From NCBI GenBank assembly GCA_035352955.1, contig DAOPYQ010000007.1, positions 20,164 to 84,163 of the forward strand: a DNA stretch of 64,000 nt. The letters run 5' to 3'. Each line of letters starts with the position of its first letter. The first letter of the stretch is position 1. This document shows positions 25,815 to 35,577 of the stretch, piece by piece. This DNA comes from Candidatus Omnitrophota bacterium (GTDB taxonomy: Bacteria; Omnitrophota; Omnitrophia; Omnitrophales; Aquincolibacteriaceae). The notes below the pieces were generated by a model. The model did not search any database and was not told where the DNA came from. It saw only the letters and a list, made by a program, of their open reading frames with translations. Position numbers and translations under genes: made by a program.

Positions 25815-25946
25815 TCAACGTACCCTTTTATATGTCCCGAGCTTGCGTCATTCTGAGGACGAAACCATTTCGGGCTTACGAAGAATCTTCCCTAGATCCT
25901 TCGCCCGCTTTCAGGCAGGCTCAGGATGACGGTTAAAATCCAACCG

Positions 25947-26783
25947 TCATTTCTCGGAAGCCGGGAGCATGAAATTCTCCCGAAGGGTCTCGAGGTAGCT
26001 CCGTTTCGAACTTTTAACAAGCTGGAACGGGGCATTCGCGCGACCCACTTCGACGGTATAGCTATCGTCTATCTCGATCTTTTCTTGACCGTCGGCCGTC
26101 AGGAGGGCTTTGTCGCCGGGGTTGTCGATACGGACGCGGACCGTGATCTTCTCGCCCGCGGCGATCACGAACGGGCGAAGGGTCAGCGCGTGAGGACAGA
26201 TCGGTGTGATCATCAGAGCTTCGACCTGAGGATGGACCACCGCCCCGCCCGCGGAAAGCGCGTAAGCCGTAGAACCCGTCGGCGTGGAAATGATCACGCC
26301 GTCGCCGCGAAAGCTAACGAATTTTTCTCCGGAGATCGAAATGTCGAGCCTCAAAATACGGGCGAGCCCTTCGCGGCTGATCACGATATCGTTCAGGGCC
26401 AGGAAACGCCGCTCTACCTTATTCGCCTTGCTCCAGGCATCGCACGAAAGCATGACACGATTGTCGATCTGCGGCTGCTGGAAATAAGCGTTGAGCTCTT
26501 CAAAAACTTCGGCCTGCTTGACCTCAGTGAGGAACCCGAGACTTCCCAGATTAACGCCGAGCACCGGGACCGAACGGTTCCGCATCTGGCTGACAATGGA
26601 AAGCAGGGTCCCGTCCCCGCCCAGCGAAATGATCAGGTCCGCCTGCCGCACGATCTCGTCAAGCGCAGTGCCGGACGAATCAAGAACGGTCATGTCGCGC
26701 TTCCCAAGCCATTCGCGAAGTTTCACGCAAAGTTCCGGCGCGCCTTGCTTTTTCTGATTGACGACAACCCCGACTGTTTTCAT
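25947..26783 (-). CDS. nadK: NAD kinase
   Basis: GGDGTLL motif and NAD kinase fold pattern (DLIISLGGDGTLLS). Confidence 0.85.
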   Translation of the reverse strand: MKTVGVVVNQKKQGAPELCVKLREWLGKRDMTVLDSSGTALDEIVRQADLIISLGGDGTLLSIVSQMRNRSVPVLGVNLGSLGFLTEVKQAEVFEELNAYFQQPQIDNRVMLSCDAWSKANKVERRFLALNDIVISREGLARILRLDISISGEKFVSFRGDGVIISTPTGSTAYALSAGGAVVHPQVEALMITPICPHALTLRPFVIAAGEKITVRVRIDNPGDKALLTADGQEKIEIDDSYTVEVGRANAPFQLVKSSKRSYLETLRENFMLPASEK

Positions 26784-26877
26784 AGGGAGCTTCCTCCGAA
26801 GAAATCCATTCTAAACAGAACCACAAGCCGCTTCAAGCCATCCCTAAGCGGCCTGACAACGCCTTGCCGGGTCCGGC

Positions 26878-27141
26878 TCAGAAATGGAATTTTTCCTTTT
26901 TGCGTTCGAGCGTTCGCTGGAACTTGTCTTCGACGTCCGCGATCGCATCCTTCAGCGCTGCGAAGATCTTCGCGACTTGATCGCCGTTATAAGAATATTG
27001 CGAACTCGCGAGATTCCCGATCAGCCGGATCTTGTCCATCGTTGCGGCGACTCGCTGCTCCGCCAAGCGCTTGAACCGCGCTTCCTTCGTCTCCTCCGGA
27101 AGATTCCCGGTTTCTTCTTTCGACCCTTCGTTCTCTTCCAC
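26878..27141 (-). CDS. Small acidic/basic hypothetical protein
   Basis: 87-aa ORF in the operon gap between dxs and nadK; no recognisable motif. Confidence 0.35.
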   Translation of the reverse strand: MEENEGSKEETGNLPEETKEARFKRLAEQRVAATMDKIRLIGNLASSQYSYNGDQVAKIFAALKDAIADVEDKFQRTLERKKEKFHF

Positions 27142-27152
27142 GCTGCTCTCCT

Positions 27153-29045
27153 TTATTTTTTCTGAGGATGGAATTCTTTCAGGACCGCCGCTGTGATCTT
27201 TTCGGGCGAAAGGCCGAACTCTTCGAGCTGCGCCTCGCGGGAACCGTGTTCGATGAATTCGTCCGGAAGCGCAAACCGCTTGAGCGGGACCCTATGAACG
27301 TTCTGGCTTTCTAAAGACTCGAGAACGCGGGACCCGAACCCGCCCGTCCCGACGTGTTCTTCCAACGTAAAAAGCATTTTTGTCTTTTGCAGGGAATCGA
27401 GAATGAGTTTTTCATCCAGGGGCTTGGCGAAACGCATATTCACCACACGGGCGGAAATGCCCTCCTGTTTGAGAAGCGCGTGCGCTTTGCACGCCGTTTC
27501 CACCATGCTCCCGAGCGCGAGCAATGTCACATCCTCGCCTTCGATCAGAACTTCGCCTTCGCCGATCTCAAACGAATGTTTCGGAAAAGCATCAAAGAGT
27601 TTCGGGATAGTGACGCGCGGGTACCGGATCGCAAAAACCGTCGTGTGGCCAAGCCCGAGCTCCATCATCTTGTCCATTTCAAACTCATCCACCGGAGACG
27701 CAAGCACAATATCCGGAACCGACCCCAAGAACGCGATATCAAAGATCCCCTGATGCGTCGCGCCGTCCGCCCCGACAAGCCCCGCGCGGTCGATCCCGAT
27801 CACCATGGACTGCCGCTGCAGGGCCACATCATGCATCACCGAATCATGCGCCCTCTGAAGAAAGGACGAATAGACCGGGCAGACCGGTTTCAAACCGCCC
27901 CGCGCCAACGCCCCGGCAAACGTGATCGCGTGCTGCTCGGCGATCCCGACATCAAAGAAGCGCTCCGGAAATTCTTTCTGGAACTGGAGAAGCCCGGTCC
28001 CTGACGGCATCGCCGCCGTGATCGCGACAACATCCGGGTTCCGGCGCGCCTGCTTGGATAAAGCATCCGCGAAGGCCTGCGTGTAAGAGATCCCGCGCGT
28101 CGCTTCACCGGGCCTCAGCGCAGCCTCGATTTTCTCCCCTGTTTTAACGTTAAAGGGCACGACCCCGTGGCCTTTTTCCGCGTCTTTCTCAGCGTATTCG
28201 CAACCCTTCCCTTTTTTGGTAAGGATATGCAAGAGGCTACAGGTATTGAGCTTGAGCACGTCCCGCAAAGTATTCACCAGCATGACAACATTATGTCCGT
28301 CCACGGGGCCGAAGTAACGGAATCCAAGCTCCTCGAAAAGGATTCCCGGAACGAAAAGATGTTTCATCCCCTCAAGCGAGGTGGAGGATAATTTCTGGAG
28401 CCGCGGAAACTTCTGCAGTTGTTTGTCGACTTCCGCACGGATACGGTTATAGAGAGGATTTGTGATAACTTTATTGAGGTAACGGCTCATGGCGCCGACG
28501 TTCTTTGAGATCGACATCTCGTTATCATTTAAAATAATAAGCATGTTTTTCTTGAGATGCCCGGCATTGTTCATGGCTTCAAAGGAAAGTCCCGCAGTCA
28601 TAGCGCCGTCGCCGACCACGGCCACGACTTTTTCATCCCGTTTCTTGATGTCGCGCGCCGCGGCAAGGCCCAATGCTTCCGAGATCGCAGTCCCGGCATG
28701 CCCCACAATGAACGGATCGTGAGCGCTTTCAAACGGCGAAGGAAAACCACTCAACCCCTTGGGCTGACGAAGCGTACTCATCCGGTCGCGACGTCCGGTG
28801 ATCATTTTGTGAACATACGCCTGGTGGCCAACATCCCAGCAAATCTTGTCCGTGGGCGAACTGAGGACATAGTGGAGCGCGATGCTGAGCTCCAGCGTCC
28901 CGAGACTTGCGCCCAAGTGCCCGCCGGTCTTTGCCACCGACTCAATGAGAAACTGACGATACTCCGCCGCCACCTCAGGAAGTTTTTCGAGAGGTACTTT
29001 TTGCAGATCTTCGGGACCGTTAATGTTTTGGATCCAAATTGTCAT
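27153..29045 (-). CDS. dxs: 1-deoxy-D-xylulose-5-phosphate synthase
   Basis: N-terminal GGHLGASLG TPP-binding motif; full-length transketolase-like layout (630 aa). Confidence 0.92.
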   Translation of the reverse strand: MTIWIQNINGPEDLQKVPLEKLPEVAAEYRQFLIESVAKTGGHLGASLGTLELSIALHYVLSSPTDKICWDVGHQAYVHKMITGRRDRMSTLRQPKGLSGFPSPFESAHDPFIVGHAGTAISEALGLAAARDIKKRDEKVVAVVGDGAMTAGLSFEAMNNAGHLKKNMLIILNDNEMSISKNVGAMSRYLNKVITNPLYNRIRAEVDKQLQKFPRLQKLSSTSLEGMKHLFVPGILFEELGFRYFGPVDGHNVVMLVNTLRDVLKLNTCSLLHILTKKGKGCEYAEKDAEKGHGVVPFNVKTGEKIEAALRPGEATRGISYTQAFADALSKQARRNPDVVAITAAMPSGTGLLQFQKEFPERFFDVGIAEQHAITFAGALARGGLKPVCPVYSSFLQRAHDSVMHDVALQRQSMVIGIDRAGLVGADGATHQGIFDIAFLGSVPDIVLASPVDEFEMDKMMELGLGHTTVFAIRYPRVTIPKLFDAFPKHSFEIGEGEVLIEGEDVTLLALGSMVETACKAHALLKQEGISARVVNMRFAKPLDEKLILDSLQKTKMLFTLEEHVGTGGFGSRVLESLESQNVHRVPLKRFALPDEFIEHGSREAQLEEFGLSPEKITAAVLKEFHPQKK

Positions 29046-29076
29046 AAAAATCCGTTCAGAAGCATTGACCGTTACG

Positions 29077-29898
29077 TTATCCGGGCATTCGGGAAGCTAA
29101 AAAATCCGCCAGAAAAACAAGCCCCTTTGCCTTCGAACCGAAACTTTCCGCGATTTTTTTCGCCTCTTGGATGAGACGCTCCGCCTTTTGGACCGTTTTC
29201 GCCTTACTGAGCACACGGCAATAGCCGTCGCCGTCCAGGATATCATCCACGACCTGGAAAGCGAGCCCCAGACATTCGCCGTAACATGCCATACGCTTCA
29301 GGGCCGCGGCACCGGCACCGGCCGCGATCGCTCCGGCCAAGGCGCTGACACGGATCAACTGTCCGGTCTTCTTTTCACAAATAAAATCATGCTCGGCAAG
29401 GGTCTTAGACCGTGAGAAAACCTCGAGGTCCGCGACCTGGCCTCCGATCATACCATGGACCCCCGCGGCCGTCGATATTTCGCCCAGGAGCCGGACCGCA
29501 CGTTCCGCCGGACGGACCCCCGCCAAAAGCTCGAACGCGAGCGTCAAAAGCCCGTCCCCGGCAAGGATGGCGTTCGCTTCCCCGAACTTTTTGTGGCTCG
29601 TCGGCTTCCCTCGCCTCAAATCATCATTGTCCAGGGCCGGAAGATCATCATGAATAAGCGAATAAGTATGGATCAGTTCAATGGCCATCGCCGGGAGGAT
29701 CGCTTCGGACAATTTTCCGCCACAGGCTTCGCACGATGCGAGCGCGAGCACAGGCCGGAACCTCTTCCCTCCCGTGAACACTGAATACTGCATCGCCTGA
29801 TGGATCACCTTGGGGCGCACCTCGCGGACCAGGAGTTCTTTGCTCAGATTTTTTTCGATAAAGCTCAGATGTTTTTTGAAAAAACTCTCGTATTTCAC
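29077..29898 (-). CDS. ispA: Polyprenyl (farnesyl/geranyl) diphosphate synthase
   Basis: First and second Asp-rich motifs (LIHDDLPALDNDDLRRG; FQVVDDILD). Confidence 0.88.
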   Translation of the reverse strand: MKYESFFKKHLSFIEKNLSKELLVREVRPKVIHQAMQYSVFTGGKRFRPVLALASCEACGGKLSEAILPAMAIELIHTYSLIHDDLPALDNDDLRRGKPTSHKKFGEANAILAGDGLLTLAFELLAGVRPAERAVRLLGEISTAAGVHGMIGGQVADLEVFSRSKTLAEHDFICEKKTGQLIRVSALAGAIAAGAGAAALKRMACYGECLGLAFQVVDDILDGDGYCRVLSKAKTVQKAERLIQEAKKIAESFGSKAKGLVFLADFLASRMPG

Positions 29899-29901
29899 AG
29901 A

Positions 29902-30237
29902 CTAATCCTCGTCAACGAACGCGGCATCATCGTCCGGTCCGGTCTTTTTCTTTTTCCCCTTCGCCGCGCGGGGAGCCCCTTCGGGATCGAACGGTTCTTT
30001 TTTGAGCGAACCATCGAGCGTTTTCGTGAGGACCTCGATCTTCCTCTCGGCATCGGTTAATTTGGACTGACACGCACGAACCAGCTGCACGCCGTCTTCG
30101 TATTTTTTGAGCGCCTGATCGAGCGTCAGCTCCCCGCCTTCCATTACCTCCACGATCTTCTCTAGATCCTCGAGCGCTTTTTCAAACTGGAATTTGTCCG
30201 TCATTTTATCCCTCTCGCACCTTAGATGTTTTGTCAT
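29902..30237 (-). CDS. xseB: Exodeoxyribonuclease VII small subunit
   Basis: FEKALEDLEKIVEVMEGGELTLDQALKKYEDGVQLVRACQ. The true start is probably the Met at 30204. Unusual lysine/acidic C-terminal tail. Confidence 0.8.
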   Translation of the reverse strand: MTKHLRCERDKMTDKFQFEKALEDLEKIVEVMEGGELTLDQALKKYEDGVQLVRACQSKLTDAERKIEVLTKTLDGSLKKEPFDPEGAPRAAKGKKKKTGPDDDAAFVDED

Positions 30238-30319
30238 TCCCGAATGTTTTTACCTGCCTGCCGGCAGGCAGGTCGGGAATCTAAAACTGGATCCCGGCTT
30301 GGAACATGCAAGAATGACA

Positions 30320-31561
30320 TCACTGCGTTACTTTAATAACCTTCGAAAGCAATTGCCCTTTGCAAAGCCGTGTCCGGATCTCCGCGCCCGCCGCCACGCC
30401 TGCGGCATCAGTAACCGCTCTTCCGGAAGCATCCAACGTCACGGAATACCCGCGCTCCAATGTCGCCAACGGACTGAGAGCGTTCAACCTTCCTGCCGCT
30501 GCCCGGAACGTCTGCGATTTAAGAGCCACCAGATCCCCAAGCCGCGCTCCAAACTGGCGCGCGGCCTCATCGATCCGCTCCGTAAATTGTTCCAGCAGAT
30601 ACCGGGGCTGGCGGAACGCGACGCTCGCAACAAACCCCTCGAGCCGCTCCCGCGCGGCTTCCGCAAGGCGAAGCATCGCATACTGGATCCGTTCGCCGTT
30701 TCCCGCAACCTGTTTTTGCAGCTCAAAACGGCTCGCGACCACAAGCTCCGCCGCCGCAGAAGGCGTCGGGGCTCTCAGATCCGCCACAAAATCGCAGATC
30801 GTCCAGTCGGTTTCATGACCGACCGCGGAAATCACCGGAATCCGTGAATTAAAAACCGCACGCGCTACCGGCTCTTCATTAAACGCCCAAAGGTCCTCGA
30901 TACTCCCGCCTCCGCGTCCCACGATCAGGACCTCAGCCTCACCCTGGCGATTCAAAGCCTCGATCGCCTGCGCGATCTCCTGCGCGGCACCTTCCCCCTG
31001 GACTTTGGCCGGATAGAGGAGAAGATGGGTCCCGCAAAAACGGCGGTTCACGACGTTCAGAATATCCTGGATCGCGGCACCCGTCGGGGACGTGACCACG
31101 CCCACCGCCTTGGGAAATTTCGGGATCGGCCGCTTCCGCTCTTCGTCGAACAGCCCCTCTTTCGCGAGCTTCTCCTTCAGCTGCTGGAACGCAAGTTGGA
31201 GCGCGCCAACGCCCTTCGGTTCGATCCGTTCGATATAAAGCTGGTAAGATCCGCGCGCTTCATAGATCGAAACGCGGCAGAACGCGAGAACCTTGAGCCC
31301 GTCCTTCAGCTGGAATTTGAGACCGCGCTGATGCTGGCTGAAGAACGCCGCCTGGATCTGTGACGTCTCATCCTTCAGCGTCAGGTACATGTGTCCCGAC
31401 GTGTGGTGTTTGAAATTCGAAATCTCGCCTTCGACCCAGACTCCCGGAAAGTTCGACTCCAGCAGAAACCGCACCTGCCGGTTCAGCTGGCTGACGGTAT
31501 AGATCCTGCGGCCGTTCTTCAATGCATCAAAAACCGGCTTCTCATCTTGTTCGGTCATCAT
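30320..31561 (-). CDS. xseA: Exodeoxyribonuclease VII large subunit
   Basis: N-terminal OB-fold (YTVSQLNRQVRFLLESNFPGVWVEGEISNFKHHTSGHMYLTLKD) and catalytic core. Confidence 0.88.
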   Translation of the reverse strand: MMTEQDEKPVFDALKNGRRIYTVSQLNRQVRFLLESNFPGVWVEGEISNFKHHTSGHMYLTLKDETSQIQAAFFSQHQRGLKFQLKDGLKVLAFCRVSIYEARGSYQLYIERIEPKGVGALQLAFQQLKEKLAKEGLFDEERKRPIPKFPKAVGVVTSPTGAAIQDILNVVNRRFCGTHLLLYPAKVQGEGAAQEIAQAIEALNRQGEAEVLIVGRGGGSIEDLWAFNEEPVARAVFNSRIPVISAVGHETDWTICDFVADLRAPTPSAAAELVVASRFELQKQVAGNGERIQYAMLRLAEAARERLEGFVASVAFRQPRYLLEQFTERIDEAARQFGARLGDLVALKSQTFRAAAGRLNALSPLATLERGYSVTLDASGRAVTDAAGVAAGAEIRTRLCKGQLLSKVIKVTQ

Positions 31562-31623
31562 TCCTTTTGAAATCTTTTCTGCAGCACAACGTAAAAACTT
31601 TTCCGTTGCACGTTGTGCGAATT

Positions 31624-32235
31624 TCAGTCCGTGATCACCCGATCGACCCGGACATCACGGAGGGTCATCGGGACTTTTTTCACAAGCTGCTCGCGGAAAC
31701 AGACCCCGATCACGGGAACTTTACCCGCCCGCCGGAGGATCCGGTCATAATAGCCGCCGCCGCGGCCGAGTCTTCCGCCGCGCCTGTCAAACGCCACTCC
31801 GGGGACCACGATCAGGTCCATCTTCGACGCACCGCGGCCCGGACAGGACTTGCGCGGCTCCATGATAGCATACGCCCCTTTCCGGAGATCAGAGAGAGAA
31901 CCTACCCGGAAAAATCTCATATCTTTTTTCCGCGGATTCACCCGGGGCAGGTAGATTTTTTTTTCGCAGAAAAGCTTTTTAAGGAACGGCCGCGTATCAA
32001 CCTCGCCGGGGAGACTGTAATAAAGCGCCACATGTTCCGCCTTCCCGAAGCCGGGGAGACGAAACAGTTTTTCAAAAATACGGCGGCTTTTCTTCTTTCG
32101 GCGGAGCGCGGAGATCCCGCTTCTTTTCTCCTGGAGAGACCGTCTGAGGGAAGTCTTTTCCGGCATAGGATGGGACCTCGGGAGGGACCGCGTATCAATG
32201 CGCGGCAACCTGTTTTTCCTTTTCAAACCGGGCAC
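31624..32235 (-). CDS. 5-formyltetrahydrofolate cyclo-ligase
   Basis: GRLGRGGGYYDR signature. Confidence 0.8.
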   Translation of the reverse strand: MPGLKRKNRLPRIDTRSLPRSHPMPEKTSLRRSLQEKRSGISALRRKKKSRRIFEKLFRLPGFGKAEHVALYYSLPGEVDTRPFLKKLFCEKKIYLPRVNPRKKDMRFFRVGSLSDLRKGAYAIMEPRKSCPGRGASKMDLIVVPGVAFDRRGGRLGRGGGYYDRILRRAGKVPVIGVCFREQLVKKVPMTLRDVRVDRVITD

Positions 32236-32680
32236 GTTCCTCTTCCAGCTGTTTGACTTTTTGGTCGAGCGCGGCCTGGTCCTGCCGGAGCTTTTCTTTC
32301 TGACGGTTCATTTCGGTAAAAAATTTCTGCCGTTCTTCGAGGAATGCCGCCTTCTGCTGCCCGAGTTCCTTTTTGTCATTCAACACTGCGCCACCGCTGT
32401 TATCGACGGGAAGAATCGGCTCCTTCGCTGGACTCTCAGCGGCTTTCATCTTTGCAAAAAGTTCTTCTTTCAGTTTTTCGAGTTGTTCTTCCTTTTCGCG
32501 GATCATCCGGATCTGCTGTTCCCGGACCTCTTCCCACTCTTTTTTCAAAGCCTCAAAATCGGCGATGTTCCTCGCCGCGGGCTCTTCCGCAAAAAGGCCC
32601 GCAGGAACTCCGAAAAAACAAAGGCCGCTGAGCACCATCGCGACCATCACCAGAATGCAGCTATTAGGTTTTGTTTTCAT
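32195..32680 (-). CDS. Secreted coiled-coil protein
   Basis: Start at the Met giving MKTKPNSCILVMVAMVLSGLCFFGVPAGLFA (signal peptide), then heptad-rich EK-rich sequence. Confidence 0.45.
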   Translation of the reverse strand: MKTKPNSCILVMVAMVLSGLCFFGVPAGLFAEEPAARNIADFEALKKEWEEVREQQIRMIREKEEQLEKLKEELFAKMKAAESPAKEPILPVDNSGGAVLNDKKELGQQKAAFLEERQKFFTEMNRQKEKLRQDQAALDQKVKQLEEERARFEKEKQVAAH

Positions 32681-32749
32681 GGAAAAGAAACCGTGCCTCG
32701 ATCTCACGGGATGACCGGCCATTCGCTTCTTCCGCTATATAAAAAACTT

Positions 32750-32823
32750 TGCCCCTAGCATGAATCGAACATGCAACCCTCTCCTTAGGAAGGAGATGCT
32801 CTATCCAATTGAGCTATAGGGGC
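32750..32823 (-). tRNA. tRNA-Arg (anticodon CCT)
   Basis: Minus-strand GCCCCTATAGCTCAATTGGATAGAGCATCTCCTTCCTAAGGAGAGGGTTGCATGTTCGATTCATGCTAGGGGCA forms a cloverleaf with anticodon loop UUCCUAA and T-loop TTCGATT. Confidence 0.8.
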
Positions 32824-33065
32824 ATTGAAACCCAATGTTTTAATACGACACCGTCGAGGCTCGATGTTTTAGATCGTCCCTATGGGATCTGGGAGGCCTC
32901 GTACGCTAACCGCCTATTTCCCGATAAATCTATAAAGATACGGAAGAAAACAGGGAGAATGATAGCAGATTCCCCCATGGCTGTCTCTATACAAACCCGC
33001 CAAAATTAGGCATAGTGACGGTCACCTGCATGCCAAGGATGCGCTACCTCACCCGATGCGTCAGG

Positions 33066-33602
33066 TTACCCTTCCCCGCCGGACGGCATCCGGTATCCGG
33101 GTATCTCCGGCATCTGTAGATTGCCAGCGTATCTATAGGATTCTAAGCAAAAGCGGCGCAATGAATCACTGCCTTTTGCATAGAAAAGAACCCAATCGTC
33201 CCCATATTCATTCACATCATAAGTACCACCAGCAGATAAGTCCATTTTTAGGTGGCCGATAGAATTGATGGCAACAGCTTTCTCAGTCTGCGGCAACCTC
33301 AAGGCAAAAGATATATTTGTAGCCTGAAAACCAAAAATAACTCCATTTTTGGGTCTCACTAAAACCGCGCGGCCACGAACAATCCACCTGCAATCTTCCG
33401 GCAAATCTTTTGTTATTTCATTCCAAAAGATTCTTACAACTTCCGCATGCATTCCAAGCTTTAGTTCTACTTGGTCTATCGAGGCAGGGTCACATTCATC
33501 TTTCGTTTGAAAATTATAAGCGGGCTTAATAAATGGACCATGTTTTGATAAATATTTTTGGTTAGCCGGATGTGAAAAATTCACTTTGGACATTTGCACC
33601 AC
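33066..33602 (-). CDS. Hypothetical protein (178 aa) in the AT-rich island
   Basis: ORF with no recognisable motif; AT-rich codon usage unlike the core genes. Confidence 0.4.
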   Translation of the reverse strand: MVQMSKVNFSHPANQKYLSKHGPFIKPAYNFQTKDECDPASIDQVELKLGMHAEVVRIFWNEITKDLPEDCRWIVRGRAVLVRPKNGVIFGFQATNISFALRLPQTEKAVAINSIGHLKMDLSAGGTYDVNEYGDDWVLFYAKGSDSLRRFCLESYRYAGNLQMPEIPGYRMPSGGEG

Positions 33603-33632
33603 TCTACAAAGCTACTTTAATCGGGTCGGGGA

Positions 33633-33995
33633 TCATTTCGTATACTCTTCTTCAAGAATTTTTCCCGTATTAATATCTATTCGATACCTAGATTGCCTGC
33701 CACCAGCCCAAAGGTTACCCTCTTTATCAAATCCAACTCCCCCAAACTGATCAGGAATCCTGACCTTGTGTCCAACTCTCCACATGTCTGGGTCTTCAAC
33801 CTTCCAAATTTGCTTTCCATCTTGATTAAGGCAAATAATCCCTTCGTCGGGCACCTCGTCTCCCATCAATTCAAAGCGAACAATAATTTGCGTTTCGGTG
33901 GTTACAATATTCCCAATGGGATGTTTGAAATCCATAGTCTTCGTTCGGGTACCGTTCTCGATCGTAAGAAGAGACCCTTTGAAGCTGACATTCAT
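33633..33995 (-). CDS. Hypothetical small protein (120 aa)
   Basis: Start moved to the internal ATG (33993-33995), which is preceded by AGGAGG and removes the overlap with the upstream membrane-protein gene. Confidence 0.4.
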   Translation of the reverse strand: MNVSFKGSLLTIENGTRTKTMDFKHPIGNIVTTETQIIVRFELMGDEVPDEGIICLNQDGKQIWKVEDPDMWRVGHKVRIPDQFGGVGFDKEGNLWAGGRQSRYRIDINTGKILEEEYTK

Positions 33996-34015
33996 CCCCA
34001 CAATCCCCTCCTTTT

Positions 34016-34501
34016 TTATAAGTTTCTGCAGCGGAAGTCCCCAATATTCCCCTGCTCTGATTTGAACTTTTCCCTTACCTGCGGAAGAGAAAGATACCAA
34101 ATAAAAATGGCGGGTAACGGGATGTGAAATGACCAAAAGCAAAAAAGCATGCTGGCAGATGCGTCCCAACCTATTTTATAAGCAACGGTGGCAAACCAAA
34201 TTGACCATCCAAGCATGTAGACTGTCACGGCTACGAGCAAAAACACGTAGATCGCCCTCGCTAAATTTCTCATCTTGTAAATTCCGAACAAAAGAACCGC
34301 ACTGATAATTCCTGCCAGCTCACCCATGACAATCTCTATCCAAATAAGCCGTTCGTATTTTAAAAGTTCAAATTTTACAAGCTCGTATACTGGCACCCCA
34401 ATAAACGAGTATGCGGTAGTTAAAACCATTACCACAAACATCCAAATAAATCCTTTGGGTTTTTCGGCTTTTGCTAAGCTATTTTTTTCTTTTATTTCCA
34501 A
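34016..34501 (-). CDS. Small integral membrane protein (about 4 TM helices)
   Basis: Four hydrophobic helices (FIWMFVVMVLTTAYSFIGV..., LAGIISAVLLFGIY..., IYVFLLVAVTVYMLGWSIWFATV..., MLFCFWSFHIPLPAIFIWYL). Confidence 0.5.
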   Translation of the reverse strand: MEIKEKNSLAKAEKPKGFIWMFVVMVLTTAYSFIGVPVYELVKFELLKYERLIWIEIVMGELAGIISAVLLFGIYKMRNLARAIYVFLLVAVTVYMLGWSIWFATVAYKIGWDASASMLFCFWSFHIPLPAIFIWYLSLPQVREKFKSEQGNIGDFRCRNL

Positions 34502-34599
34502 AGCCCCCTCCTGTTCTCCCGCGCTTCCTTCTGCGATACAAGAAACCTCCCGTTGGGCTTGCCCTTAATCGAGCCGGAGATCATTTTCGTAACCAACTC

Positions 34600-35538
34600 T
34601 TATTGGCTTTCGTTTCTTTCTCCCTCAAGCCTTACCTCCTGAACTTCACAATAACCTGGCCGACTTTCAAATCCAGGGCGAGACTTTCCCGTAACAAAAT
34701 CGGTAACAACCGGATATTGCATAGTTTCCGAATAATCGATTTTCTCCGCTTCCCGTGAAATGCATTGGACCTCGATCCTTTTATTTTCGAATTTCTTCAA
34801 CCTTTCCTCTGAAACCACTTTGGACGGACGCAATATCACCCTGTCTTTCGGATCTTCTGTTTTCAGCACAAAATCCAGCCCCAAAAATGATTCCACGGAT
34901 TTTGTTTGCGGATGAAATTCCAACTCTCCGACAAACGTCTTAACATCCGAGTTCTGCACAGCGCGTGTTTTTTGAACTTCCGTCGAAACAGTATCCCACG
35001 ATCCTCTTTTAGCTTCTCTCGCTTCCTTCTGCAATTTAAGTAACAGCTCGGCATACTTCACATTCGGCGCGGCTGGAACGGCCTGCCCCGCCGTGGTTAC
35101 AAGCGGGGTCATGACTTGGGCGTAGCCGGACTTGATGAGGGTGGCGTTGAGAAAGATGCAGGCAGTGATGCTTCCATCAGGATCTTGCATATCAAGATAT
35201 TCGTACTTGGGATTTCTTCGTGTATCGCAGTTATTGCATACCACAACATAAACATATGCCAAGAGCCGTTTGTATTTGTCCCTCTGTTGCACATCATAAT
35301 CGAGCCTGACCTGTTTTCCTTCCGCAAGTTGGCGGGTAAACTCCGCCGCTTTCTTGCCCTGTTCAGGATCTTCGGGTGGCTGGATGCCGATCAGGGAAAC
35401 TGTTTGGCCGTCCGAAAGTTCGAGCGTCGTCGCGTCGATGACTTTGGTGACCGTGAGAGAGGTATCGGCAGCCCGGCAAGGCGCGGCAAGAAATGAAACA
35501 GCGAGAAGCGTCAGCAGGATCAGCTTCCTCATAGGCAA
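34600..35538 (-). CDS. Secreted two-domain protein: signal peptide, thermonuclease (SNase)-like domain, and a ~150-aa C-terminal domain of unknown function
   Basis: Signal peptide MPMRKLILLTLLAVSFLAAPCRA. Residues ~30-190 match the SNase fold (VTKVIDATTLELSDGQTVSLIGIQPPE ... LNATLIKSGYAQV ... EAREAKRGSW). Confidence 0.55.
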   Translation of the reverse strand: MPMRKLILLTLLAVSFLAAPCRAADTSLTVTKVIDATTLELSDGQTVSLIGIQPPEDPEQGKKAAEFTRQLAEGKQVRLDYDVQQRDKYKRLLAYVYVVVCNNCDTRRNPKYEYLDMQDPDGSITACIFLNATLIKSGYAQVMTPLVTTAGQAVPAAPNVKYAELLLKLQKEAREAKRGSWDTVSTEVQKTRAVQNSDVKTFVGELEFHPQTKSVESFLGLDFVLKTEDPKDRVILRPSKVVSEERLKKFENKRIEVQCISREAEKIDYSETMQYPVVTDFVTGKSRPGFESRPGYCEVQEVRLEGERNESQ

Positions 35539-35577
35539 ATATTATAGCGTTGCCGGAAAGAGCTGGCTAGGCGGGTT

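Noticed and set aside
32823-33066. Searched for a repeated tRNA-Arg 3' end (att-like) at the far side of the second islet near 35540-35580
   Set aside because: No copy of the tRNA-Arg terminal sequence found, so the islet is described only by composition and gene content.
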